Assembly: GCA_028534125.1 (NCBI GenBank) | Contig: CM052817.1 | Span: 12,588,001 to 12,652,000, forward strand | DNA: 64,000 nucleotides | Source of the DNA: Lama glama | Taxonomy: Eukaryota | Direction of reading: 5' to 3' | Shown here: in pieces, positions 12,770 to 25,062 of the stretch | How the letters are laid out: each line of letters starts with the position of its first letter | Position numbering within the stretch: the first letter of the stretch is position 1 | Position numbers and translations under genes: made by a program | The notes under the pieces: model-generated | What the model was told of the DNA's origin: nothing | What the model saw: the letters and a program-made list of their open reading frames with translations, nothing else | Databases searched by the model: none

Positions 12770-13303
12770 TTGTCAGTTAACTTTTTCTACATAATAAATC
12801 AGCCCCAAGATTAATGGCTCAAAACAACAAGCATCTCTTATGTCTCAGAATTGTGTGGTCCAAGGAGTAGCTCTTTGCAGATGAGTTAATTCAGCTCATC
12901 TCTGCAGTCAGCTGACACGTGGCACTAGATGGTCTTCAATGACAAGTCCAGTCATTTGTGTAGGCTTTTGATCAGTGACTCTCAGCTCTCCTTCATGTGA
13001 CTGCTCTGAAAGGCTAGTTTGGGCTCATTCATGTTATGGTCTGAAGTTTTCAAACACAACACGAGAGGTGAAGCCCCAGTGAGCCAGGACTTTTCGAATC
13101 TCTGCTTGTGTTAAGATTTCTAATGTCCTATTGGCCAAAGCAAGTCACACAGCCATGCCCAGATCTAAGAGGTAGAGAAACAGAGCTGTGTCATGATTGG
13201 AGAAACAGCAAAGTTACATTTCAAAAGGGATATGCTTTGAGATGGGAGGAATTGCTGTGATGAGTTTTGGGAAAAAAAAAAAATACTGAAAGAAAAATCT
13301 ACC
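12770..13303 (-). mobile_element. MaLR LTR (MLT1G/H-like)
   Basis: tgtcagttaac...ttaatggctcaaaacaacaagc...tctgcagtcagctg...tgtcctattggccaaagcaagtcacacagccatgcccagat. Confidence 0.8.
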
Positions 13304-13607
13304 AAAGGAAGAAAAGTAATTCATCTAAAGGTGCATATTTCAGAACAAGGCAAAAGAGTCTGACTTAAAAAACATGGTATTCTACAATCTGGGAGACTGA
13401 CTCAAAAATGAAAACAGTTAAGGTAGAGTTTTAATTCATCTCACAGAGAAGATCCTTACGTATGTTTTCTTCCCAGCAGGCCTCCCTCTCTCATTGCACC
13501 TGCGTTTATGACTGAATGAGAAGTTCTCTGTCTAGATCACTTAGCTGACATAGTCTTTCACTAATACATTATCTGCAGTGTTGTTTGATAGCAAAAGTTC
13601 CATGCAA

Positions 13608-14140
13608 GAGAGACCCAAACTCAAATACCTGAACGAGCCAGGCAGGTAACGTAAAGGTGTGAGCCTGATGAAAAACAAAACAAACAAAAAAAAAATCTTA
13701 TGGTTACAATGGTTACAGAGGGGGCAGAGGATGAGAAGGGATAAACTGGGAGTTTGAGATTTGCAGATACTAACTACTATCTAAAAAATAGATAAACACG
13801 TTTCTGCTATATAGCACAGGGAACTATATTCAATATCTTACAGTAACCTATAATGAAAAGGAATATGAAAAGGAATACATATATGTCCATGTATGTATGA
13901 CTGAAACATGCTGTATGCCAGAAATTGACATAACACTGTAAACTGACTATATTTCAAAAATTAAAAATAGGGGGAATGTAAAGTCTGGACAATATGAATT
14001 TTTCTCACTCATCTGTAAGTATCCAAGTTAGGAAAAAAATTGAATACTGCTGCTTCTGCCACCCCCGCCAAAAAAAAAAAAATAAAAACCTCTGCCCTCG
14101 GGGCAGAGATAGCCAGGAACTGCCGGCTTGTGAACTTTGC
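13608..14140. mobile_element. hAT-Charlie DNA transposon (MER102-like), interrupted by an L1 3' fragment
   Basis: Left arm caaactcaaatacctgaacgagccaggcaggtaacgtaaa; right arm ggaactgccggcttgtgaactttg. Confidence 0.55.
13690..13968 (+). mobile_element. Lineage-specific L1 3'UTR fragment
   Basis: gggataaactgggagtttgagatttgcagatac...tatagcacagggaactatattcaatatctt...ccagaaattgacataacactgtaaactgactata; 9-bp duplication atggttaca at 13700-13717. Confidence 0.92.
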
Positions 14141-15184
14141 AATACAAATACCTACCCATCTTTAGCTGGAATTTGCAACATTCCAAAAGTAACCATCCCC
14201 CCAGAGTGCTGGTCTTCTACAGCTGAGACAGAACCTCTCCACGAGTTCTAAAGGAACCCCAATGGGCTTTCAATAGGGATGAGGTCATCAGTGTGTCTAC
14301 CTCTCACAGGGCTGTGGTGTTCAGTGCATCTTGAGGAGGGACTGTCTGTCCAGGAGGCGTGGCAGCTGTTCGGGCTGCATGAGACATCATTCCGAGCCCT
14401 GGAGATGAGGGGTCGGATGTCCTGAACCCTGCCAGGTGAAGGAAATGCTCACAGCAAAAAGAACTGGAGATTCAGTCTGTCAACAGTCAAAGGGCAATGG
14501 AAAACTGTATTTTTTTTCTCTGAAGCTGTGAGAAAACCAGGCATTTAATACCACCGTTTTAACTTCAAACCAATCAAACATTGGCAGTTTGGAATTGTTT
14601 TATTTTGAGGCTTTAGCTTATCTCCATGGGATAAAAGCCTTTCCAAACTGGCTTTAACTAAAAATGTCATCTATCCCAGCTGCTCACTGGTTAGCAGAAA
14701 CCGTGGTAACAGAAGGCCCCTTTTGATAGCCTTCTTCCATAATATCATCCAAATTTGCATGGCAAAGATGTGGGAGCTATTTATATGTTGATTATTACAG
14801 TGCTGCAGTTTATATTTTTCCCAGCACAGTTGAAAATTATATTTAGAAAGCCTGACATCATCTTTAAATATATATTATAGCTCTCATTTGGTAGAGATGA
14901 GCTGTTGAAATGCACGCCACCTACTCAACTTCTCAGAAAAATGGTATAGATGTTTCACACATGGTTAAATATAAATGTGTGCTCTGGCGTACACTGCACT
15001 GGGACCTGCAGGACTTAGAGGGAATTTTGTGGGCTCTGGTTTTGCCTTCTCAGTTTGCTCTCTATTTAAAAAGAAAGACTGTCAATGTGATTTAGTTGTA
15101 AGAACATGGGTTTTGTAGCCAGAAATTTCTGAATTCTGAATTCTAGCTCTGCTGCATAGGAGCTGTGAGAGCTTGGAAAATGGG

Positions 15185-15481
15185 AGCATCGGTGATCATT
15201 CCTACTGTTGGACTCAAACTGAAACATGAGCTTTTCCTGGGTCTCAAGCCCGCTGACCTTTGGATGGGAACTACACCATCCGCTCTCTGGTCCTCAGGCC
15301 TTCAAACTCCAACTGGCACTAAACCCCTGGCTCCTGGGTCTCTAGCTTTCTGACTCACCATGCTGATCTTGGTATGTATCAGCTTCCATAATCACGTGGC
15401 CAGATATCTTATAATAAATCTCTCTCCACATCTACACATCCTATATCAATTCTGTTTCTCCAGAGAACTCTTGCTAATACA
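15185..15481 (+). mobile_element. ERVL LTR (MLT2B/D-like) 3' half
   Basis: cctgggtctcaagcccgctgacctttggatgggaactacaccatc...cagcttccataatcacgtggccag...ataaatctc...ttctgtttctccagagaactcttgctaataca. Confidence 0.88.
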
Positions 15482-17290
15482 TAGATTATCCGGTTTTGTG
15501 TTAAGCTGCCAAGAATCACTTGCTGGGGTAGAAGATATTCTATTAGCTCTATTCTACTTACCCTAGTCAGTGGTGGAGGAGACTAAGACCTCCAGAAATA
15601 AATGAATGTGTTTTAAGGTCAGAGATATTACATGGTGGAAGCAGGATTTGAAACTTGGAAATAAAGTACTTTATTTTACCCATTTAACTACAATCTTATA
15701 CTGTAAATAAAAGTTAGTTGCTGTTCCAGCCCTAAGAAGTTTATGGAAACCTGATGCTCACAGTGAAAGAGAATCAAGGAGACGGTAACACACCAGCGTA
15801 CCCGAGGGAGACGTGTGAGGACCATCCCACTGCATCACGACAGGGACAGAGAAAGCCATGGGACCTGTAGGCATACTTCTGTGGAGTGCAGTTGGGACTG
15901 GGAAATGCTGTGGTTTCCCCAGACTATCAACCCCCACCCATCATCTAAATTGGATCCGGTATCTGACTGCTGATACCAATTAGACTTGTATTTGCAATTC
16001 TGCGGCATATCCGAGTGACCGTGGCCCTAGAGGGATATCTATGACTGGAATGGCATCTAAAATGTTTTAATTTTATAGGAAAGCAAAGTTAGAGCAGTAT
16101 TTCCCTTATTAGCTTTTAAATGTCAGAGTCCAAAATTTCAGCAAAGGAGCTTCATGGCTTAGAGTGACTAAAATTTCACGTTGTTTAATATAATAGGCCA
16201 ACTTTCACACTTCAGATGAGAAGAGCCAGATATTCAAGATAAGTGTACTTTTTTGAAGGATTAAATGACCACCATATTTAATATCTTGAGGCCTCCACGT
16301 GACACTTAGATATTGTATTTTGCCGAATTTAACTATTATGAAGAATTATTTGAAAATCATTTCCCTACGAATGGAAATAAAAATACAGCTGCAAGTGCTA
16401 AGAGTAGTGAGATGACATTTTATTTTTTATAAGCTAGTTGGCAAAAATTCAACTTTTATAAACACATATGCCTGTCTCAAGCTTTTAAGGAGTCAGTTTT
16501 ATGTTTCATACCATTCTTTCTTCTTGCCTATTAAGCAAGTCTCAGTTTGAGCCAAGATCAGTTTTTATATGAAGCTCAAAGGTAAGTCATTTTATATAAT
16601 ATTTGCATAGGCATAATTGTTTCCACACCCTCCATCCCTACTACCCCCCTGGATTGCACAGTACAGTGAAACGAATTGGTTTGAAACCCCACTCTCAACG
16701 TATCACACCCTTGTTCAAGAAAAAAGTTCTGTTTCATTAAGTGAAAATGCTGTGTGCTGACACTCATGGTTCTCAATAACCTGAGCCCACTTTCCCTGAT
16801 AGTTATAATGAGAATAATATATGTTTAAATTAATTTTTTCTTTTTATCTTTCTTTTTGACTTTCCAAAAGCAAAACACCTCAATTAGCAACACTGTCCTG
16901 CCCTCTCCGGTTCAGAAACAATTGAGAATTGAGATATGGAAGCCATGCAGAATCTGATCAAAGTGTCAATTTTATTATGAAAAAAGTAGACATGGAGAAA
17001 AACATGGCTAGTGACTACTGTCATGTATTCAAGGTTTCTCTCTCCCTTACTCTAACTTAAGCCCTATGACTGTAGATACTCCCTTGAGGGGGCAGACCCA
17101 ACCCTGGTTAGCTCATCGCACCTATGAGAGAAGACCAGAATTTATCTTCTCAGCAGAAAGCTGGCCCAAACGAGTGAGGAAGAGCTAAGTCAGGCTTACC
17201 TGCTTCCTTCCCTCATGCTCACCAATGCAGGAAATAGACATATAGTAGGCATGGGTAGAAAGAAAATGGATGTGTTTCTCATGCTATCGC

Positions 17291-18698
17291 TGTATTAGCT
17301 TTCTTTTGCTGAATGAAAACAAAATTACCACCAACTTAAAGGATTTAAACAATACCTGTTTATTAACTAAAAATTATCTGTGTCAGTCCTCAAGCTGAAA
17401 TCAAGGTGTTGAACAGACTGAATTCTTATCTGGAGACTCTAGGGAAAAATACACTTCCAAGCTCATTCTTCTTGTTGGAAGAATTCACTTCCTTGTGGTC
17501 GTAGGACTGAGGTCTTGGTTTTCTGGCTGGCCGTCAGTCAGTGGCTACACTTCATACCTAGAGGTTATCTTCATTCCTTGCCACGTGACCACTACACTCT
17601 CAAGTCAGCAACAATACATCAAATATGTCTTGTGCTTTGAATCTCTAATTTATCTGTCTCTGACCTTTAGGTCCATATTTTAAATAAGCTTTTTATTAAA
17701 AAACAGTTTTAGATTTATAAAATTATTGTGAAGATAGTTCAAAGAATTCTAATATACCTCACACTCAGGTTTCCCAGTTAGTAATATCATTCATTAATAT
17801 GTTATATTTATCATTAATAAGGTTGATATGTTGTTATTAACTAAACTCCATATTTAATCAGATTTCTTCTGTTTTCCTCTAATGTCCTTTTTATGTTCCA
17901 GAATCCCATCTGGTAACCCCCATCGCATTCAGTCTTCTAAGTTTCCTCTTGCCTGTAAAAGCTTCTCAGATTTCCATGTTCATGATGACCTTGACAATTT
18001 GGAGGATTACGAGTCAGGAATGTTGTATAATGTCCCTAATAGAAATTGGACTAATGCTTTTCTCATGATTAGATTGGGATAATGCATTTAGAAGGAGAGG
18101 ACCACAGAGGTAAAGTGCTATTCTCATTACATTATTTCAAGGGCACATGCTAGCAACATGACTTACAATTATTGATGTTAACTTTGTTCACCTTGCTTGA
18201 GGTAGTTAATGCAGCAAAGTTATTATGGTCTTCTCCTCTTTCCAGACTTAACTCTTTGGAATTAAGTCACAATGTGCAGTGTACACTTGAGGGTGAAGAG
18301 TCATACTCTACCTCCTTAAATGTAGAGTATTGACATCCGTTATTTGGAAATCTTACACACAGGGTATTTAGCTCTTCTCCCACATTTACATATTTTCTCA
18401 GACATTTATTTATAACAATATGAACTCATGGATGTTTATTTAACACTTTGGGTTATAATCCAGTGTTTATTTACTTATATACTAAAATTGTTTTAACTTC
18501 AGCCATTGGGCATTCCTTCAGTTGGCTCATGCATTCCTTTGACATTCATCCAGAATATCTTCCTTTCTTATAGTCAACCCTGCCATATTATAACCTAATC
18601 ACAAGAGTGAATTCCATCATATTCTGCTCTCAGAAACTGCACAATGTACACCACAGAGCAAGAAATCTTGGAACTACCTTACAGTTTTGCCTACCACA
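17291..18698 (-). mobile_element. MaLR LTR (MLT1E-like), split by an L1M insertion
   Basis: Starts tgtattagctttc, ends ttttgcctaccaca; flanked by atcgc (17286-17290) and atctc (18699-18703), a 5-bp TSD with one mismatch. Confidence 0.85.
17682..18545 (-). mobile_element. Ancient L1 3' end (L1MC/L1MD-like)
   Basis: aacagttttagatttataaaa...gatgaccttgacaatttggaggattacgagtcagg...ttctcatgattagattggg...accacagaggtaaagtgc...agccattggg. Confidence 0.85.
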
Positions 18699-19157
18699 AT
18701 CTCCATCCTAAGGAGCAGAGCAGAAAATTATTAAACCCCATAAAACATGACAAGTGAGAAATAATCTCCTCTATCTCAATATTATGTACACATATTATGG
18801 AGGAAAGATGATTTTCCTGTGTTTCTGGGCATACAATCTTACTAAACTTACCTTTCTGTCCTTTTCTCTTCCTTGTCACACGTACCCCACATTAAGACTG
18901 TCAGCAATACTTATTGGGTCTGTGTTCAAATATCTCAAATATTCCCCCAAATCCATGGTCTAAGTTATCATCTTTTTTTTACCTAATAGAGGACTGTAGC
19001 CTCCTCACTGGCCTCTTTAGCACAGTTGCATGAACTGGGATTTAAACAATGAAACAAATTAAATGAGACCTTTACTCTGCTCAAAAACCTCCAGTATCTT
19101 CCTAAAGCTATTAAAATAAATTCCAAAATCTTTATCATAGTCTTCAAGGACCCAAAT

Positions 19158-19447
19158 CAGCACTTTGAACACTAACACTGAGGAAGGACCAGTTATCTGC
19201 ACCAACTCTTCAGATCAATATCAATACATATCTCCTCCAACATGGGGCTGACCATGTAAATTCAACAACACCTGTTTCTGAACATATTCTATTCAATGAG
19301 ATGAGTCCACTAATCACTGCTTAAGTGTTGTGCAATGTCAAGTTGCTATAAAATGTCTCTAAATACTCGTTTTCGATTTTATACTCATGGAGGACTGGTA
19401 GTCCAGAGATGGGACTGGTCAGTGTGCTACACTTTGATTAGCACTGT
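19158..19447. mobile_element. hAT-Charlie non-autonomous DNA transposon (Charlie4-like)
   Basis: Ends cagcactttgaacact...gaaggaccagtt and acactttgattagcactg resemble the Charlie TIR cagtgctactcaaagtgt. Confidence 0.6.
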
Positions 19448-19546
19448 GCTCTCATAGTCTGATCCCTGGCCATCTCCTTCCCTCTGCTCTCCCCTTTGCT
19501 GCCTTCTTTCCAACACATCTCACTTTGTGTTCTTTCTATAACACAC

Positions 19547-20126
19547 TGCACTGGTTTTCTATTATTATGCAATAGAGTACCACTATTTTAGCAGCTTAAA
19601 ACCACACATATTTATTATCTCAGCGTTTGCATGAGTCAGGAGTCAAGGCATGGCTTATCTAGAGCCTCTGCTTAGGATTTCATAAGGCTGTAACCTGGTT
19701 CTCATCTAGCCTTCGGAGTCTTCATCCAAAATCATGTGGTTATTGGCAGAAGTCAGCTCTGTGAGATGGCAGAACTGAGACCAGCAATTTCCAAAGGTAC
19801 TCCATAGTTCTCAACTAAACGGCCCTCTCTGTATGCAGCTATGACACAGAAGTTTTTTTCCTACAAATCCAACAAGGGGGAGTCTGTCACTCCAGCCTGC
19901 TAAAATGGAGTCATACAACATTATAGAAACATGGGAGTGACATCCTATCACCATTGTCATAAAAAGTAACAAACAGGGAAGTAATATCCATCACCTTTGC
20001 CATGCTCATTCATTGGAAGCTAGCCATAGGTCTCACATACACTCGGCAGGAGGGGATGACACAAAACCATGGACAGGAGGGAGTGGGAAGTCATAGACTG
20101 AGAATCACTTTAGGGTCTGCCTGACA
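19547..20126 (-). mobile_element. MaLR LTR (MLT1E/F-like)
   Basis: ttagcagcttaaaaccacacatatttattatctcag...gtcaggagtcaaggcatggctta...catcacctttgccat...gtctgcctgaca; flanks cacac / tgcac. Confidence 0.85.
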
Positions 20127-20589
20127 TGCACCAAGCTTACCTAGAGCTTTGTACTTGCTTTTTCTCTTCCTACAGACTCACCTCCTCATTTCTTTCAGGT
20201 CACTGCTCTGGTCTCTTAATTTCAAAGAGTCCTTCCCAAGACCTGCCTCCCTAAAACAGCCACCCCGTTACAGTCATTCCTAGAACCTTATTCTGTTTTT
20301 CTTCACAGCATGGAACAGTCTCTGACATTAAATGATTATTTGTTCAAAATCTGTCTTTCTCATTAGAATGTAGGCCATTTTCCAAGCTGTAAGAAATGAA
20401 CCTGTCATGTAGTTCATGCTCAAAACTGTTTGTTGAATGAATCAGTAAAAACTTTTAGTTTGCAGCAATGGTCACCAGAGTCTTTCTAATTTGATCCACA
20501 CATTTTACACTAGGTTATCAATATGGCAATTTGCTATTAATGTTTAATCTTGGCTCTGTTGCAAGCCTGCAAATGGAAACAGAATGATA

Positions 20590-20950
20590 GAATAGAAATA
20601 GCACAGAGTCTGAAACAGCACGGACTGAGATCAAATTCAAATTGCTATTCACTATTTTGGTGATCTAGGGGGTTAATTTCTCTGAATTTCAATTATAATA
20701 CTGGAGAAAAAAGTGCATGGTTTCCATCAAGTTGATTTGGTTTAGATCTTGGATCCACTACTTGCTAGTATGGCTTTAAACTAGTTTCTCAGGCTTCTGG
20801 AGGTTCAGTGACTTCGTCTGTAAAATTGGAATAATACTAATAATTTTCCCCACATAGGATGGCTGTGAGGTTAAATGGTCAAATTCATGAAAAGCACCTA
20901 GCTTGGTGATGGGCACACTGTTTGCACTCAGTACAAGTTAGCTTTGATTA
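20590..20950 (+). mobile_element. Two tandem MIR fragments
   Basis: agagtctgaaacagcacggactgagatcaaattc and tcgtctgtaaaattggaataata...gtgaggttaaatgg...aagcacctagc. Confidence 0.75.
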
Positions 20951-21261
20951 ATATTAATACTTATATGTGTATCAATATAATAAAATTATTATGTCATCAA
21001 TATCAGTATAAATTCTATGGCACAAAGTATGCTATTAAATGATATCCATTATCTTTCTATATTTTTCGTTAGGACTTGGCATAGAGCTAGATATAACAAT
21101 AACAATAGTGGTGACTGTCTTCTATGGAAAAATTTGATTACAGGTCCTAAACAACTCTTCATAACAGGTGATTAAGAAGCAGGTGTCGACATTCCACACA
21201 TAGCTGACTATTCTGATTCATGCTGAGGGAAAAAATACATAAATTACTATCTATGAGTAAC

Positions 21262-21425
21262 TGTGGGGAGTTGCTGTTCACTGGATACAAAGTGCAGTTA
21301 TGCAAGATGAAAAAGTTCTACATATCTTCTGTACATTATGCTTATAGTTAACAACACTGTACAGTAACTTGAACATTTGTTGAGGGTAGATCTCATATGT
21401 GTTTTTTACCACACACACACAAAAA
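21262..21425 (+). mobile_element. L1MA/MB-type 3'UTR fragment
   Basis: ggggagttgctgttcactggatacaaagtgcagttatgcaagatgaaaaagttcta...gagggtagatctcat. Confidence 0.8.
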
Positions 21426-22237
21426 CCTGAACATAATATTTTCATTATTTTTTTAAGATTTTGCTCATGGCATCTCACAAGTGATGTGTTTCTATGTAAG
21501 GATAGGTTGAACAACAGATTAAAAGAGGATTTTTTTTTATCATTAAGCTATATGAAACAGTCATAAAATTATGATTAAAAAGAAATATTTTCCCTTTCCT
21601 TAGCATCTAATTATATAGAGTCCATGAAATTTCCCATTACAACCTAAAATACTAATTAAGTAAAATTCTAATATGCTGAAAAAGAAGAAATGCAAAAAAA
21701 AGTTCTAAATATACCTTACTGCAGTTATGAATCTAAAAACATATATATCTTTTACATATTGCAAAATAAAATTAAATGGGAATGTAAAACAAAGCAAATT
21801 GTAAAAATTGAAATAGAACTCTAACATAAATATGATGACTTAATCACCCAGAGGAAATAATTATTTGAAGTATTTTTATAATATGCCAATTTTACTATTT
21901 ATCTAGAATGGAATATAATCTAAGAATAAGTAAGACAATCAAGTAATCCCAAATAACATTCAACAGTCAATAGTCTCTTTTAATATTGCTACTACTATAT
22001 TGAGGTCATAGGTGTATATATGTGGGTATACTCATTACAAAAATTTAAGTAAGTTATTCTGTTAATAGACTAGTTGGTATTCTCAGTGCACAATAAAAGA
22101 TATAGAAATATAGACTCACATACTATAAATATAAGTATGTTATGTTAAACCTGAATTTGAAAATCTCAATTGAACATAGAGTAATTTATGTATTTATTTA
22201 GTTAGTTAGCTAGTTAATTAGTTATTTTGGCTCTCTC

Positions 22238-22440
22238 TTTTTTTAAATTGAATTATAGTTAGTTTACAATGTTGTATTAATTTCTAGTATACAATATAGT
22301 GATTCAGTTATACACATACATCTGTATATTTCATTTCATATTATTTTTTATAACAGGCTATTACAAGGTATTAAATATAGTTCCCTGTGCTATATACAGT
22401 AGGGCCTTGCTGTTTATCTATTTTATTATTTATTTATATA
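22238..22440 (-). mobile_element. Cetartiodactyl-type L1 3'UTR fragment
   Basis: ttgaattatagttagtttacaatgttgtattaatttct...aatatagttccctgtgctatatacagtagggccttgctgtttatc. Confidence 0.88.
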
Positions 22441-22458
22441 ATTTTACTTATAAGTTCC

Positions 22459-22790
22459 TTTTTTTTGTAGTAGTCAGTTTACAATGTGTAAATTTCTGGT
22501 GCACAGAATAATAGTTCAGTCATGCATATACATACATACATTTATTTTCATGTGCGATACAGAAGAAACTTATTGTGTATCGTTTTATATTTGGTAGTTA
22601 CTATATGCAAATTTCAAAGTCCCAATTTATCCTCCACTCCACCTTTCTTCCCTGGTAACCACAAGTTTGTTTTCTATGCCTGTGAGTCTGTTTCTATTTT
22701 GTAAATAAGTTCATTTGTCTCAGTTTTTAGATTCTCCATACAAGTGATATCATATGGAATTTTTCTTTCTCTTTCTGACTTACTTCGCTT
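22459..22790 (-). mobile_element. Lineage-specific L1 3' fragment with an internal deletion
   Basis: tagtcagtttacaatgtgtaaatttctggtg...cctggtaaccacaagtttgttttctatg...ttccatacaagtgatatcatatgg. Confidence 0.88.
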
Positions 22791-23506
22791 ACCTCCTAGC
22801 TCTGCCTATTGAAAAAGCCTAGAAGCTATGACAACCCAATAGTGATAAGAACCCCTAGGAGCCAGATTGTATTCTCTGTATAACATACTCCACGAGAGAA
22901 AAACAGTGACCCTTGAGAAATGATTGATTTCAAGTCTTAAACAGAAACTGTCTGAGATGAGTCTTAGACTTCTTGCTGTACAAAATGCCAGGTCTCTTAA
23001 AAAGAAATAGACCGCTTCAGAAGGACCCAGGAACAAGCAGGAATTACCTCTCGCTAGTCACAAGTGAGAAATTTAAGCATATAGTAATAGTACTAAATGT
23101 AGCAGTAGTAATATTACCAGCAATCATAATATTCATAAAACTAATGAACACAAAATTAAAACACATTGAATATGTTGAAATCCACAGTGTTACTCAGAAA
23201 AGAAAGAAAAAAAGGAAGAAGGGTAAGAAGGAAGGAAGAAAAGAAGGAAGAAAACTCATTAGGTACCTTTAAAAGTTACCTGGGCATCGGCTCCTTTCTC
23301 TGAAAAGAATTATTCTTTAAAGGAAATAATTAAGAATAATTTAAAATATTTAATAACAAAGTAATAAATAACTGATTTAATAATAAACTGATTTATTATA
23401 GGTATGTATTAATAATTAGTATTAAGACATTATTGCTACATAGCTAATAATAAATTAATAAATAATTAAAATAAGAATTTCTTTTCTGTGCAAAATTTAT
23501 ATATAT

Positions 23507-23725
23507 ATTTTTAAATATATTTTCATTGAAGTGTAATCAGCTTGCAATTTGTTAGTTTCTGGTTTAGAGCACAATGCTTCAGTCATTCATGAACATACAT
23601 ATTCGTTTTCATATTCTTTTTCACTGTAAGTTACTACAAGATATTGAATATAGTTCCCTGCACTATACAGCATGAACTTGCTGTTTATCTATTTTATATA
23701 TATTAGTTAGTATCTTTCAATCCCA
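23507..23725 (-). mobile_element. Lineage-specific L1 3'UTR fragment
   Basis: ttgaagtgtaatcagcttgcaat...gttactacaagatattgaatatagttccctgcactatacagcatgaacttgctgtttatct. Confidence 0.88.
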
Positions 23726-24278
23726 AATATCACCAAATACCTTTAGTTGATGAGGAGGAGATCTTTTCAGAAAAATCCCAGCTGATAAAGAAGGAAACTA
23801 GAATTCAAAAATCACCATTTGGTGCCCTCAAATAAAGTAATTAATTTAGGTAATCATCATCAATAGATGAAACCCTTAGATGAAAATTGATGGTGAACTT
23901 TATAATGGAATCATTGGGCAGCTGCAACCTGAACCCACTGGTCACCTTATGTCATTAAAAGTAAGGTAAATAGACACATGTGTGTCCAATGTGATCTTAT
24001 CACTTATGAACTATTACTTTAAAAGAAAAGAAAAACAAAACAAAACACTAATCCAATCAAGGATTTAGAACTAATTTTTAATCCAAAGGACAACTCAAAG
24101 GGTATCCTTGAAAGTCAATGACATGAAAAAAAATCGTGAGGGATATTCCAACTAAGTATAATGATAGAACTTGTTTGGATACTGATATAAACAGGATAAC
24201 TGTAAAAATGCATTTTGATATGGTTTAGAAAATGTAAAGATGAACTGAGTATTAATGGATATGTGAAATATTGCTCAT

Positions 24279-24767
24279 TGTGAGTTGGGAAGCCCCATGA
24301 AAAAGGCCAGCAGGACCCCCAGGCAGGGCCAATACTCTCCAGCCAGCACCATCTGGTTTCCTGGCCTGGCAGCATTATCTCACTTTTTGCCTCTGAAAGG
24401 GCTTACTTCTAGGAAAGTGGAACTTATCCCTAAGATTCTGTTGGTTCCTTGAGCTAACTCTGATTGGTCCATTTGTAGCACTTCATTTGCATGGAGCACA
24501 CTCCTGATTGGTCCATTTCTACAAAGCTCATTTCTAATTAGTCAACTTTTGTTACACCTTATTTACAGATGATGTTGCAAAGTGTGGACTGGCAGCCTAT
24601 AACAGCCTGTGTAAACCTACAGCTGGGGTCCAGAGCTTGGAGTGTTAACTCCTCTGGGCCCGCTGATGTAATAAACCTGAGTTCTCCAATCCTCCGAGTG
24701 CTTCTTGGTTTCTCACCTGGATCCAGGTTGTTGTCACAACTGAGCTGTAACACACTTTGCTGCAACA
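24279..24767 (+). mobile_element. ERV1-type solo LTR
   Basis: TG...CA ends, repeated ctgattggtccattt, cctataa TATA-like box near 24597, aataaa near 24670; interrupts the L1MC4-like element; TSD not resolved. Confidence 0.75.
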
Positions 24768-25062
24768 ATAGTACGTAGTTAATGATCATGTGATTTACAA
24801 GAAAATTCTTATTTTTAGATCCTCTTAGTGAAATACATAGAGGTGAAATGATATGGTGTCTGTGATTTACTTCAAAATACATCAGTACATGAGATTAAAA
24901 TAAAGGCAAAAGAGATAAATGAAACAAATGTGACAAAATCTTGATAATTGTTCAATCAGGGTGATATATGGGACTTTTTGAATTAGTTTACTCTCAAGTA
25001 TGTTTAACAATATTCATTGAAATTAAAAAGAAAAAAACAAACAAACAAAAACAAAATCAAAA

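Larger units (their letters stand above)
18850..20445 (+). mobile_element. L2 3' region, split by a DNA transposon and an LTR
   Basis: tagcctcctcactggcctc...ctctgctcaaaaacctccagt...aataaattccaaaatc; resumes after each insertion; ends tgtttgttgaatgaatc. Confidence 0.8.
21600..25030 (+). mobile_element. Ancient L1 3' region (L1MC4-like), interrupted by four younger inserts
   Basis: ctagctctgcctattgaaaaagcctagaagctatgacaacccaatag...ttgagaaatgattgatt; aaaatcaccatttg; cctgaacccactg; gtgaaatgatatggtgtctgtgatttacttcaaaatac. Confidence 0.75.

Noticed and set aside
14310..14435. 126-bp exon-like segment (ctctcacag ... gtgaag)
   Set aside because: All three frames contain stops and the donor is weak; no support without transcript data
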